This document shows, one piece after another, positions 50,086-60,499 of a stretch of DNA of 64,000 nt. Origin of the DNA: Candidatus Kapaibacterium sp. GTDB taxonomy: Bacteria > Bacteroidota > Ignavibacteria > Kapaibacteriales > Kapaibacteriaceae. Location of the stretch: the NCBI GenBank assembly GCA_044224925.1, contig JBGAJM010000003.1, forward strand, positions 259,855-323,854, read 5' to 3'. Numbering within the stretch: the first letter of the stretch is position 1; each line of letters opens with the position of its first letter. The notes beneath the pieces are model-generated. The model was not told the DNA's origin. It did no database searches and saw only the letters and a list, made by a program, of their open reading frames with translations. The position numbers and the translations under genes are program-made.

Positions 50086-51297
50086 ATGCAACAACGACAT
50101 GCCCTCTATGCGATCAGTTGGCTGGCCACTGCAAGTGCCGGTATCGGAGCAACGCTCTTCAGCGTCTATCTGCCCAGCTTCGTTCGCGATGTGTTCCACT
50201 CCACGGATCAGGCTGAGATCGCTCGCGTGGGATCGTTCGCCGGCGCGGCCTTCCTTGCCGGGTGGTCGATCGGCGGCATTGCGCTTGGCCTAGTGGGTGA
50301 TCGGATCGGACGGAAGATGACGTTGTTCTGGAGCGTGGTCTTTGCCGCCCTTGGCGTCTTCCTTACCTCCTTCGCGGATTCGCTTCCCTTCCTTGTGTTG
50401 TGTCGCGTGCTCACGGGCATCGGCGGAGGCAGCATCTTGATGATCACGGCCGTCATGGTCTCCGAGGCATGGTCTGCCGGCAACCGTGCGCGACTGGTGG
50501 GCATTCTGATCAATGCATTTCCGGTGGGCTTCATTGCGGCGGGGATCATTCACAACTTCATTGCCGACTTCCGAACGGCCTATCTGTTGGGATCGTCAAC
50601 GATCCTACTGGCCATTGGTGTGTTGCTCATGGTGCAAGAGAGCGATCTGTTCGTGAAGAGCGCCACGGTGCATGCAGAGAAACACCTGCAACGCGAGTCG
50701 CTGTTCGATGCTCGCTACCGTCGAGATCTGGTGATCGGACTGGTGTTGTTCGGAAGCATGCTCGTTGGGTTGTGGGCCGCCTATACGTGGATGCCCACGT
50801 GGGTGAGCAGCATGAGCGCTGCGGCCGATCAACAAGCGCATCGTGCACGCACGGTGATCATGCTCGGCATTGGTGCCGTGGTGGGTGGGACGATCTCGGG
50901 TGCGGTGTCGAATGCCATGGGACGCCGACGGGCTGCGGCGCTTGGCTATGCGGCCGTCATCATGGTGTCGTGCATTCTGTTCTTTGTGCTCAACGGTGTC
51001 GGTCCGCTGCTCTTCGCATGTACGTTTCTGCTCTCGCTGTGCATCGGCTTCAATCAGGGTGTGCTCAGTGCCTACATTCCGGAGCTGTTCCCGACGCTCA
51101 TCCGCAGCACGGCAACAGGTGTGTGCTTCAATGCAGGGCGGATCCTCACGACGGTCACGGTCTTCTATGTTGGTGTGCTCGTGCCCATGCTTGGCGGATA
51201 CAACAATGCCATGGCCGTGTTCGCTGGTGCCTATGGCATCGGCCTGATCACGCTGATGTTTGCCCGAGAGACAAAGGGACAAGAACTTCCGGTGTGA
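50086..51297 (+). CDS. MFS transporter
   Basis: 12-TM profile; ATG 50086 preferred over 49954. Confidence 0.8.
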   Translation: MQQRHALYAISWLATASAGIGATLFSVYLPSFVRDVFHSTDQAEIARVGSFAGAAFLAGWSIGGIALGLVGDRIGRKMTLFWSVVFAALGVFLTSFADSLPFLVLCRVLTGIGGGSILMITAVMVSEAWSAGNRARLVGILINAFPVGFIAAGIIHNFIADFRTAYLLGSSTILLAIGVLLMVQESDLFVKSATVHAEKHLQRESLFDARYRRDLVIGLVLFGSMLVGLWAAYTWMPTWVSSMSAAADQQAHRARTVIMLGIGAVVGGTISGAVSNAMGRRRAAALGYAAVIMVSCILFFVLNGVGPLLFACTFLLSLCIGFNQGVLSAYIPELFPTLIRSTATGVCFNAGRILTTVTVFYVGVLVPMLGGYNNAMAVFAGAYGIGLITLMFARETKGQELPV

Positions 51298-51850
51298 GCA
51301 CGCGCACCACGTGCATCCCCATGGCCGCCGCTTGTTCGCAGTTCGCCAACGAATCATCGTAGAGCGTTGCTTCGTGCGGTGCAACGCCCATCACAGAGCA
51401 GACATGGAGAAAGGCGGCAGGGTCGGGCTTGCGCAAGCCGATCTCGAACGAGTAGAACCGCTTGTTGAAGAACGAGAGCATCTCGTTGCATTCGGGAAGT
51501 GCATGACGGAGATGCAATGAGCTGATGTTGCTGAGCAACACAACGGGTCCGCGTGCTGCGAAATTCCGCACCACGTCGGTTGACGTGGGGAACATGCCAA
51601 TGAGAATGGCGCACCATGCGGCATCGAGCTCTGCATCGGTGCACTGAAAACCCCAGATGCGACGGAGCTCTGCACGAAAGGCCGCTTCCGAGATGGCCCC
51701 CTTGTCGATGTCGTGGAAGACATCGGACTGCACGTCCACACCAAAGTCGATCGGCGCACCATTGTACCCGGGCAAGGCGCGTAATGCTTGCCGCGTCCGG
51801 TCGAAGTCGATGTTGTACAACACCGCACCAAAGTCAAGGATCGTGAGCAT
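51248..51850 (-). CDS. HAD-family hydrolase
   Basis: LTILDFGAVL (DxG/DxD motif I) and later HAD motifs. Confidence 0.7.
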   Translation of the reverse strand: MLTILDFGAVLYNIDFDRTRQALRALPGYNGAPIDFGVDVQSDVFHDIDKGAISEAAFRAELRRIWGFQCTDAELDAAWCAILIGMFPTSTDVVRNFAARGPVVLLSNISSLHLRHALPECNEMLSFFNKRFYSFEIGLRKPDPAAFLHVCSVMGVAPHEATLYDDSLANCEQAAAMGMHVVRVLTPEVLVPLSLGQTSA

Positions 51851-53907
51851 CAGTACCGGAAGTAGTGCCAGCGTTCGTCGACGATCGTCGACGTGTCGCG
51901 CAGTGAACGAAGGAACGCTGCGAAGGCCGCATCACGCTGCTCTTTGAAGGCATCGTTGCCGCGCAACATCACGAACATGGGATACTCTTTTGCAGCTCCA
52001 ACGGTGATCTCGCGCACGTTCACCATGTACCAGCCGCGATCGCCTTGGAGTGGACCGAGAAGTCCAACTCTGTTCTGTGCATAGACGGTGCGTGCGAGCT
52101 TTACATCGGAACCCACATTGGCAATGGCACCGACATAGGAGATGGTGGTATTGCGAACCACCTTCATATCGGCCGGCGATTCCGTGATGAGCATCTCACC
52201 TCCATCGGTGAGCGTGATGAAGGCCGCCATTCCCTGTGCCACCATGGCACGCATGCGACAGCGTTCGTTGGCGGCCCAGTCCTTGAGCACGGCATCGGAA
52301 CATGCCTCGAACGGCAGTTCGCCTGCGGGGACGCTATCGGCCACCACGGCCGCTACCACGCCTGCCGTGGCCGTCTCTACGGGATCGCAGGCTGCAGCGA
52401 GTTGTGTGGTGAACGCCGCATCGCGCAAGCGATAGGAGCCAAGCACCGGAGCATTGTCGTCGAAGTACGGCGTGAGCTGGATCTTCTTGCCAAAGCGTTG
52501 CGCCACAGCCCCTAACTCCTCGCCGCCTTCATAGGCCGCAAGGGCCGCGTCGACGTTGCGCAACACACTGTCGACGGTTGCTCTGCTCGGTTGAAAGGCC
52601 GTGGTCATGGCATGCACGTAGACGAGACGTGGTGATTCTTCGAGGACAAGGAACATCGTGCTTGCATCGCCGGTGTTGACGGCCGGACTGAGTGCGCCGA
52701 CCTTGGTGCCGAAGACAATGCGTTCGCTTTCCGGATCGAGCATGCCGCGCAACAGAATGATGCCGTTGGCATCGTTGCCTTCTGCTGAATGTGCGCGTTG
52801 CAGGGAGTCGAAGGAGGCCTTGGCGGTAAAGGCGGCACGGATGCGGTCGCTGGTCGAGCGAAGACGTGCATCGTTGGGGAGGACGATGCGACGAACGCGA
52901 CGGGCGATGTTCTTGCCCGTGCGAATGCTGTCCACCTTCACCACGCTCACGCCACCACCGAACAGAACCGGCCCAACGATCTGTCCGCGTTGTGCCGACT
53001 TCGTTGCCGCATAGAACGCACCATCGGGATCGTTCGCCGAGAAGAGCACGCGCTCGGATGCATCGCTCATGCGGGCAAGGCGAGTCAGGATGGAGTCGCG
53101 CGATGCGGCCGTGCCTGCACGTCGGAACGACTCCACAAAGTCTGTGATCGAGCGTACCATCGAAGCCGTGTCCGCCTTCGTTGGGGTGAGCGGGAACGAG
53201 AGGTAGGCAAGACGTCGCATGGGTCGCGCCGACGTATACGTTGTCTTATTGCCGAACCAATAGCGCTCCAACTCCTGATGCGTGGGCGGTGGTGTGGTGG
53301 TTGCGCAGGGCATCATCACCACATCTGCCTTGCAGGTGGACGATTGTTCGAGATACTCGGACATCAGCGCTGTTGAATCGACCACGAAGGTTGTTGCCCA
53401 CTGGTCCTGCAAGCGCTTGCGCAGAAGTCCGTCGCGGAACCGCGAACGCAGATCCGTCATGCTCTCGCGCACTTGCTGTGTTGCTTGTTGTACTTCTTGC
53501 GGTGAGAGTGACGGATTCTTGGCGCGCACGAGTCCTTCCGGATCTCGCATCATCCACTCCAGCAGCATCGGATCGAATTCACCTTTTGCGTCCTGCACAC
53601 CACGCTTGATGTATTCCGGTGGCTCGTGCAGCAGGATGGAGTCGGCCTCGGCGTCGGAGATCGTGATGCCACGTCGCCGCGCCTCGCCCATGATCAACCG
53701 CCGGTCCACCTCATCGCGCCACGCCTGTTCGATCACGTCGGGCTCGTGCGCCGTGCCATGCGAATTGGCGTATTCGATCCGTCGCCCCACATCGCGGGCA
53801 AAGGCATCAAGCCAAATAGTGTCGCCATTCACCACGCCGGCAACGGGTCGTTGGGCAAGGAGGGTGGCAGGGAAGAGGGCCAGGACGAGAAGGAGAGGTC
53901 GAAGCAT
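51850..53907 (-). CDS. periplasmic peptidyl-prolyl isomerase/chaperone (PpiD/SurA-like)
   Basis: signal peptide, N-terminal SurA-like chaperone region (VAGVVNGDTIWLDAF), parvulin-like segment. Confidence 0.55.
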   Translation of the reverse strand: MLRPLLLVLALFPATLLAQRPVAGVVNGDTIWLDAFARDVGRRIEYANSHGTAHEPDVIEQAWRDEVDRRLIMGEARRRGITISDAEADSILLHEPPEYIKRGVQDAKGEFDPMLLEWMMRDPEGLVRAKNPSLSPQEVQQATQQVRESMTDLRSRFRDGLLRKRLQDQWATTFVVDSTALMSEYLEQSSTCKADVVMMPCATTTPPPTHQELERYWFGNKTTYTSARPMRRLAYLSFPLTPTKADTASMVRSITDFVESFRRAGTAASRDSILTRLARMSDASERVLFSANDPDGAFYAATKSAQRGQIVGPVLFGGGVSVVKVDSIRTGKNIARRVRRIVLPNDARLRSTSDRIRAAFTAKASFDSLQRAHSAEGNDANGIILLRGMLDPESERIVFGTKVGALSPAVNTGDASTMFLVLEESPRLVYVHAMTTAFQPSRATVDSVLRNVDAALAAYEGGEELGAVAQRFGKKIQLTPYFDDNAPVLGSYRLRDAAFTTQLAAACDPVETATAGVVAAVVADSVPAGELPFEACSDAVLKDWAANERCRMRAMVAQGMAAFITLTDGGEMLITESPADMKVVRNTTISYVGAIANVGSDVKLARTVYAQNRVGLLGPLQGDRGWYMVNVREITVGAAKEYPMFVMLRGNDAFKEQRDAAFAAFLRSLRDTSTIVDERWHYFRY

Positions 53908-53942
53908 CCTGCAAAGATAGGCTCCAGCTATCTTTGCTACAG

Positions 53943-54926
53943 ATGAAGCTCTCCATTCTCGACCAGTCACCCGTTGTTGCGGGTATCACGGCCTCGCAAG
54001 CCCTTCACAACACCGTCGACCTCGCCCGGCATGCCGATGCCTGGGGCTATCATCGCTATTGGGTGGCGGAGCATCATGGTGGTGCCTCGTTCGCATCGGC
54101 TTCGCCCGAGATCGTGATGACGCGTCTCGCGTCGGCCACAGAGCGCATCCGCATCGGATCCGGTGGCATTCTCGCTCCGCACTATGCACCCTTGAAGGTT
54201 GCCGAGGTGGCACGGTCCATGGAGGCGTTCTTTCCGGGTCGGATCGATCTGGGTCTGGGACGCGCCCCGGGTGGCGATCCCGTGGTGACGCGTGCGTTGC
54301 GCAGCGAGACGAACATCGACACCGAGGCCAAGGTACGTTCCATCCTTGCCTACCTTGCCGACCTGCATGTGCCCACGCCCACGTCCGACGTGGTGGCCGT
54401 ACCCGATGGTGTGACAGCGCCCGATGTGTGGATCCTTGGCACGAGTGCCGACAGTGCCCGCATGGCCGCACGTCTGGGTCTGCGGTATGCCTTCGGATCC
54501 TTTATCGACCCGACGAATATGGCAGAGGCGTTTCGGATCTATTGGGGCGACTTCGTCCCCTCCGCCTGGTGCTCCGAGCCCACTACCATGATCGCCACCG
54601 TGGCCTTCGCCGCAGAGACAGAGCGCGATGCACGCGCCATTGCGGCCTGCACCGAGGCGTGGTTCGTGCAGTCGTTCCTGCGTGCCAAGAACGTCCGTTT
54701 CCCATCGAGCATTGATAGATTAACTATCACGCCAACCGTCTTTGAGCAGGGGATCGTGGAGATGCGCCGACGGTGCGTGATCTACGGCGACGGCACGTCG
54801 GCCCGTCAGCAACTCGAACATCTCGCAAAAACCTATGCTACGCAGGAGATCGCCGTGGTCACCATCACCGAGCACCACGTGGACCGATTGCGGAGTTATG
54901 AGCTGCTGAGCGCGTCCCCGTCGTGA
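53943..54926 (+). CDS. LLM-class flavin-dependent oxidoreductase
   Basis: MKLSILDQSPV...WGYHRYWVAEHH luciferase-like signature. Confidence 0.8.
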   Translation: MKLSILDQSPVVAGITASQALHNTVDLARHADAWGYHRYWVAEHHGGASFASASPEIVMTRLASATERIRIGSGGILAPHYAPLKVAEVARSMEAFFPGRIDLGLGRAPGGDPVVTRALRSETNIDTEAKVRSILAYLADLHVPTPTSDVVAVPDGVTAPDVWILGTSADSARMAARLGLRYAFGSFIDPTNMAEAFRIYWGDFVPSAWCSEPTTMIATVAFAAETERDARAIAACTEAWFVQSFLRAKNVRFPSSIDRLTITPTVFEQGIVEMRRRCVIYGDGTSARQQLEHLAKTYATQEIAVVTITEHHVDRLRSYELLSASPS

Positions 54927-55002
54927 AATAGTTCACAGATCAATGATCGCACCGCTGCGATATCGCTTGTGAACGACACCGCTCTGCCATCATATTTGGC
55001 AG

Positions 55003-56220
55003 ATGCTCACACGCCCGCTTTCCGTTTTCCTCCTGTGCTGGTGCACCGGACTTGCCTCCGGATGCATTGCCACCTTCGTTCCGCTCTATTTGCCGAACGT
55101 GGTGCAAAGCATGGTCGGCACGCAAGACGTTGCCGCGGTCGGACACGTGGGATCGTTCCTGCAAGCGGCCTTCCTCCTTGGTTGGGTGACCGGTGGGATC
55201 GTGTTAGGAGCCGTGGCGGACCGACGTGGACGTACGTCGACGTTGGCCTTGAGTCTCTCGCTCGCCATCGCCTGCACACTGCTTCTTCCTCTCTCCACGC
55301 TGCCCTTTCTTACCTATGTGTTGCGATTCGCAACGGGCATTGGCGTTGGATCGGCCATGGTGATCTCGACAACATTAGCGGCCGAAGTGCTGAGTGATGC
55401 ACGGCGACCATGGCTCATGGGTGTGCTTGCGAACTCGTATGCAGTGGGCATCATCGGTACCGGCGTGGCGCAGACGAAGATCGCTGCATGGCAAACGGTT
55501 GCCTATGGGATCGGCGTCTTCGTTGTGCTGATACCGCTCATCATGCTTGCCGGAAGAAGATCTGTTGCAGCACGTCTTGATGCCGATGTCGAGCCGTCGT
55601 TCGGTGCGCTGGTACGTGACCTTCGAACTCAACGTCGCGAGCTCATCATCGGTTCAACGCTCTTTGGTTGCATCCTCATCTGTCTGTGGGCTGCCTTTTC
55701 ATGGCTTCCCAGTTGGGCCACGGCCTTGCATCCGGGCGTGGACGGCGGTATGGGGCTGCGAGGAAAGATCATGATCGCGCTCGGTTTGGGTGGCATCGTG
55801 GGGAGCTTGCTGTCGGGTCCGCTTGCCATGCGCATCGGTCGTGTGCGCACCATCGTGGTGTGTTATGTCGGCGCCATCATCGCAAGTCTACCGTTGTACA
55901 CCACCGATGTCCCATCCGCAACGATGATGACGGTGAGCATTGCCGTGCTCGCCATCTTCTTCGGCATGGCGCAGGGACTGATGGCCTTGTACATCCCTGA
56001 GCTCTTTGCGCACCACATTCGTGCGACCTCGGTGGGCATTTGCTTCAACATCGGGCGCATTCTCACGGCCGGTGCAGTGCTCAACATCGGCGTGCTCGTG
56101 GCCGCCTTTGGCGGATACCGCGAAGCGCTGCTCGTCTTCACATTGCCATTGCTCGTCGGCCTTGTGGTGACGCGCTTTGCGCATGAACCGAAACCCCTCT
56201 CGACACCCATTCTCACATAA
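55003..56220 (+). CDS. MFS transporter (paralog of 50086..51297)
   Basis: 12-TM profile; shares motifs with the first MFS. Confidence 0.8.
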   Translation: MLTRPLSVFLLCWCTGLASGCIATFVPLYLPNVVQSMVGTQDVAAVGHVGSFLQAAFLLGWVTGGIVLGAVADRRGRTSTLALSLSLAIACTLLLPLSTLPFLTYVLRFATGIGVGSAMVISTTLAAEVLSDARRPWLMGVLANSYAVGIIGTGVAQTKIAAWQTVAYGIGVFVVLIPLIMLAGRRSVAARLDADVEPSFGALVRDLRTQRRELIIGSTLFGCILICLWAAFSWLPSWATALHPGVDGGMGLRGKIMIALGLGGIVGSLLSGPLAMRIGRVRTIVVCYVGAIIASLPLYTTDVPSATMMTVSIAVLAIFFGMAQGLMALYIPELFAHHIRATSVGICFNIGRILTAGAVLNIGVLVAAFGGYREALLVFTLPLLVGLVVTRFAHEPKPLSTPILT

Positions 56221-56240
56221 CACACCATCGTACGATCATC

Positions 56241-56774
56241 ATGGCTCACATTCCCGTCGATCCCGCAACACCAGGCATTCGAAGTCTGTTCAACTACCGA
56301 CCCGAGACCGGGGCACCGCTCAGTCGACTGGCCCATGCGCTGTTGCATGGAGAGAGTCCGCTGACCAAGGCCGAGCGCGAGTTGCTTGCCACCTTCGTGT
56401 CGCATGGCAACAAGTGCACGTTCTGCACGATGAGTCATGCCGCCGCGGCGCGCCATCACTACGGCGCTGATGCATCCATCGTGGACGATGTGGTCTATCA
56501 CAACAACACCGACCGTCTGTCCGCCAAGATGCGTGCCCTGCTTCCCATTGCCGAGAAGGTTCGGCAAGGTGGACGGATCGTCACCGATGCCGACGTGCAA
56601 GCGGCGCGTGATGCGGGTGCCGTCGATCGCGACATTCACGATACGGTGCTCATCGCGGCGGCCTTCTGCATGTACAACCGATATGTGGATGGCCTTGCCG
56701 CCCTGACCCCTACTGATCCGGAAGCGTATGTGCCCATGGGCAAGCGCATGGCCGAGCAAGGGTACGGAGGCTGA
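56241..56774 (+). CDS. AhpD-like / carboxymuconolactone decarboxylase family protein (peroxidase-related), paralog 1
   Basis: CTFCTMSH (CxxCxxxH) motif. Confidence 0.75.
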   Translation: MAHIPVDPATPGIRSLFNYRPETGAPLSRLAHALLHGESPLTKAERELLATFVSHGNKCTFCTMSHAAAARHHYGADASIVDDVVYHNNTDRLSAKMRALLPIAEKVRQGGRIVTDADVQAARDAGAVDRDIHDTVLIAAAFCMYNRYVDGLAALTPTDPEAYVPMGKRMAEQGYGG

Positions 56775-56776
56775 TC

Positions 56777-57331
56777 ATGGCACACATCACTGTTCCGTCG
56801 GGACTGCCGGGCATCACCGGATTGTTGGAATCACGACTCGACACGTCGGCGCCGATCCGCGATCTCACGCAGTTCATCTTGCGTGGACCCAACACGCTCA
56901 CCGAGGGAGAGCGTGAGCTGATCGCCACGATCGTCTCTGCGGGCAACGCCTGCACGTTCTGCACGAACGCACATGCTGCCACGGCGGCGCGGTACGGATG
57001 GACGCGCGAGGAAGTGGATGCCATCGTGTGGGATCCGACCACAGCACCCGTCTCCGACAAGGTCCGTCATCTTCTGATCATGGCGCGTGCACTGCAACGC
57101 AATGTGCAAGGCATCACGGCAGACATGGTGGTAGCGGCACGCAAGGCCGGTGCCACCGACATGGAGATCCACGACACGGTGCTCATCGCATCGCTCTTCT
57201 GTTTGTACAATCGATACGTCGACGGACTTGCGTCCGACTATCCGCCGAGCATGGACTACTACGAGAAACTGGCCGACCGACTTACCACGAATGGCTATGA
57301 GCGAAAGGGACTTCCCAATGCCTCACATTGA
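56777..57331 (+). CDS. AhpD-like / CMD family protein, paralog 2
   Basis: CTFCTNAH motif; 3 nt after paralog 1. Confidence 0.75.
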   Translation: MAHITVPSGLPGITGLLESRLDTSAPIRDLTQFILRGPNTLTEGERELIATIVSAGNACTFCTNAHAATAARYGWTREEVDAIVWDPTTAPVSDKVRHLLIMARALQRNVQGITADMVVAARKAGATDMEIHDTVLIASLFCLYNRYVDGLASDYPPSMDYYEKLADRLTTNGYERKGLPNASH

Positions 57332-57869
57332 TCTTCCCGAAGGCGTGCCGGGTATTCGTGGACCGATGTTGTATCGGCCCGACACGGCACAGCACATGAA
57401 TGAGCTGGTAAGTGTGTTGTTGCACGACGAGCATACGCTCTCTGCCGGTGAGCGAGAAATGATAGGAGCCGCAGTGTCGCGGGCGAACGAATGTGTGTAT
57501 TGTTCGACCATCCATGCGTCGATCGCCGTTCACCAACTCCATGCAGTTGAAGGCGCTCGAGATCTTGTTGAGTCGGTGCTCCGAGATCCACTGCATGCTC
57601 CTGTTTCTGACAAACTCAATGCCCTGCTCGTCTTGGCACTGCAAGTGCGGAAAGGCGGCAAGGAAGTAACGCCTGAGGCTGTTGCGCATGCACGGTCTGT
57701 TGGTGCAACTGATATCGAGATCCACGACGCCATTCTCATTGGCGCATCATTCTGCATGTTCAATCGCTATGTCGATGGTCTGGCAACGTACACTCCGGAT
57801 GATCCCGCCGTGTACGATGAACTGGGGGCACGTCGAGCAGCACAGGGGTATCGCGTCGGCATTACGTAA
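57318..57869 (+). CDS. AhpD-like / CMD family protein, paralog 3
   Basis: CVYCSTIH motif; ATG 57318 inside ORF 57150..57869, overlaps paralog 2 by 14 nt. Confidence 0.7.
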   Translation: MPHIDLPEGVPGIRGPMLYRPDTAQHMNELVSVLLHDEHTLSAGEREMIGAAVSRANECVYCSTIHASIAVHQLHAVEGARDLVESVLRDPLHAPVSDKLNALLVLALQVRKGGKEVTPEAVAHARSVGATDIEIHDAILIGASFCMFNRYVDGLATYTPDDPAVYDELGARRAAQGYRVGIT

Positions 57870-57892
57870 TTCATTCTCATTGTTGGTAACCA

Positions 57893-60424
57893 TTGGAGAT
57901 GTTCATGAACCATGTCGTACGACTTGGGTTGGGGGGCCTGTGCGCACTTGCATTCGCAACGCCATTGTTGGCGTCGGATGGAGTGATCACCGGAACGATC
58001 CGTTTTGGAGAAGGGAAAGAGCCTGCACGAGGTGTGCGTGTGCTTGATTCCGCTACGAAGAAGGTGGCCTTTACGAACGGAAAAGGTCAGTTCACGCTCA
58101 AGGGCATCGATGCAGGAACGCATGCGATCTCATTGCACAGTGTGGCACTGCGTGATACCACGATCAGTGTGAAGACCAACGGCACAGATCCTGTGTCGGT
58201 GAACGTCGACATGGCCATCACCGAGAACACCTTCGATGCTGTGGTGGTCTACGGTGCAAGCAAGCGTGCCGAGAAGGTCACCGAAACACCGGCAGCCGTT
58301 ACCGTGATGACGCCGATCGAGATCCAGCGCGCCTCGCGCGGCAATCAGCTTGGTCGAGCGCTCGAAGGGATGACGGGAGTGGACGTTGTGCAGAACGGTG
58401 CTACGGACTTCAACGTGAACACGCGCGGATTCAACAACAGCACGAATCGACGGTTGCTCGTGTTGGTGGACGGGCGTGATGTGTCGCTGCAACAGATCGG
58501 TGCAACGGAATGGAACTCCTTCGCCATGCCGCTCGATGAGTTCGCCAGTATCGAACTTGTTCGAGGTCCGGCCGCAGCACTGTATGGTGCCAATGCCTTC
58601 AATGGTGTGTTGAATATGACCACGCTGTCGCCACGCGAATCGCAGGGCACAAAGGTGACGTTGCTTGGTGGTGATTACAAGACCTTCCGCGCCGATGCAC
58701 GTCATGCAGGTGTCTTGGGTGACCTTGCGTATAAGGTCACCTTCGGTCACTCCCAGTCGCTCAACCTTGCACAGAACCGTACGGACAGTGCGTCGATGGT
58801 GGCCGAGTATCCTTCGTTGTGGCCGGCGGCGCGCGAGTTCAATGCCGTCACCGCAGAGGATCGCGAAACCTTCGCAACGTATGGAACGGTGCGCATGGAC
58901 TACAGCTTGAGTCCAACGCAGACCATTCTCGGAGAGTTCGGCTATTCGCAGTTCGGCAACGAGATCATGCTCGCGGGATCGGGTCGTATCCACGTTCCGA
59001 AGTCCGAGAAGCCCTTTGCACGACTGGCCTATCACGACACGCACTTCCACGTGCAGACCGTGTACAATGCGCGACGCACCATCGACACGATGCGCATCCT
59101 TGCCGCCCCTCCCGGCACCATCATCCTTGACAACTCCTATGATGTCGCCCTTGATGCGCAGTACAACAACACGGCGGGCGAGACCATCACCTATACGCTT
59201 GGTACGCAGTTGCAACACATGTCCATTGGTTCCAACGGAACGGTGTTCTATCCGAACGATCCGATCAAGGCCAACATTGGTGGTGTGTACGGACAGGTAC
59301 AGTTCAAACCGACCGATCAATGGTCGTTCGTGGGATCGGCACGCTACGACAATGCAAGCATCTATCCGCAGCAGTTCTCGCCACGTCTTGCCGTGGTCTT
59401 CTCGCCCATTGCCGGACAGCAGTTCCGCGTTACGGCGGGACGTTCCTTCCAGCGCGCCAACTTCTCGGAGCTCTACCGTCGGTACGGATTCCGTCCGGCT
59501 CTTACGGCGCAAGGACGTCCGGTCAACTTCCGTCCGGTGCAAGCAAGTGTGAACGACACGCTTTCGAAGCTCACAGGCACGTCGCAGAATGTGGACCTCG
59601 GTCTGTACGATACCACGGTCACATCACCCACCAATCCGCAGGCCATCCAACCGATCGCTCTTGGTGTTGGGAATCCTGACCTCACCGTCGAAGAGAACAT
59701 CGGCTATGAGTTCGGTTATAAGGGTGTGATCGGCACGAAGCTCTTTGTGACCGTGGACGCCTACTACAATCGCATGCGCAACTTCATTTCGGGCTTCTTG
59801 CCCGGTGTGAATGCGAACTACACCACCTGGAATTCGAGTTCGCGACTCCCGGACAATCTCAAACAGTATCAAGGACTCGTCGACTCCATGGTCTACAAGG
59901 CCTTGCAAGAACAAGATCGAGCGCGCTTCACCACGTACAACAACAATGCGGCCTTCATTGTGTCGAACACCAACCTTGGTCTTGTTGAGCAATACGGACT
60001 AGAGATCGGTGCTGAGTTCCTCGTCAGTGAGCGTTTGAAGGTCAATGCGAACTACGCCTACTATCACGCCAACCTTATCGATGCGAAGACCACGAATCCA
60101 TTCCTGCAATCGGGCGACATGCTCCTGTCGCCGAACACCTCTCCTAACCGCGTGAACATCGGTGCATCGTATGCCGTGCCGGGTTCATGGGACGTGTCGG
60201 TGATGTGGCGCTGGGTGGATGGCTTCAACTGGCTGGCCGGCGACTTCAAGGGCTATGTGCCAACCTATAACCTCGTCAACCTCAACGCCGGGCTCCAAGT
60301 GATGGACGATCTCCACGTCGGCCTCGCCATCACCAACGTCTTCGACTTCCGTCACTACGAGATCTACGGCGGTTCGAACATCCCACGTCTCGCCTACCTG
60401 AGCGCTTCGTACAGCATCAACTAA
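57893..60424 (+). CDS. TonB-dependent receptor with N-terminal carboxypeptidase-regulatory-like domain
   Basis: signal peptide, plug region, 22-strand barrel-length C-terminus. Confidence 0.85.
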   Translation: MEMFMNHVVRLGLGGLCALAFATPLLASDGVITGTIRFGEGKEPARGVRVLDSATKKVAFTNGKGQFTLKGIDAGTHAISLHSVALRDTTISVKTNGTDPVSVNVDMAITENTFDAVVVYGASKRAEKVTETPAAVTVMTPIEIQRASRGNQLGRALEGMTGVDVVQNGATDFNVNTRGFNNSTNRRLLVLVDGRDVSLQQIGATEWNSFAMPLDEFASIELVRGPAAALYGANAFNGVLNMTTLSPRESQGTKVTLLGGDYKTFRADARHAGVLGDLAYKVTFGHSQSLNLAQNRTDSASMVAEYPSLWPAAREFNAVTAEDRETFATYGTVRMDYSLSPTQTILGEFGYSQFGNEIMLAGSGRIHVPKSEKPFARLAYHDTHFHVQTVYNARRTIDTMRILAAPPGTIILDNSYDVALDAQYNNTAGETITYTLGTQLQHMSIGSNGTVFYPNDPIKANIGGVYGQVQFKPTDQWSFVGSARYDNASIYPQQFSPRLAVVFSPIAGQQFRVTAGRSFQRANFSELYRRYGFRPALTAQGRPVNFRPVQASVNDTLSKLTGTSQNVDLGLYDTTVTSPTNPQAIQPIALGVGNPDLTVEENIGYEFGYKGVIGTKLFVTVDAYYNRMRNFISGFLPGVNANYTTWNSSSRLPDNLKQYQGLVDSMVYKALQEQDRARFTTYNNNAAFIVSNTNLGLVEQYGLEIGAEFLVSERLKVNANYAYYHANLIDAKTTNPFLQSGDMLLSPNTSPNRVNIGASYAVPGSWDVSVMWRWVDGFNWLAGDFKGYVPTYNLVNLNAGLQVMDDLHVGLAITNVFDFRHYEIYGGSNIPRLAYLSASYSIN

Positions 60425-60454
60425 CAACTCGTCGGCATCTCCTCATTACAGTGG

Positions 60455-60491
60455 CCCCGGTCTTGCTCCATTGGAGACCGGGGTTTTGTAT
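60455..60491 (+). terminator. rho-independent terminator after the TonB-dependent receptor
   Basis: CCCCGGTCT-N11-AGACCGGGG followed by TTTTGTATGTT. Confidence 0.65.
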
Positions 60492-60499
60492 GTTACGTC

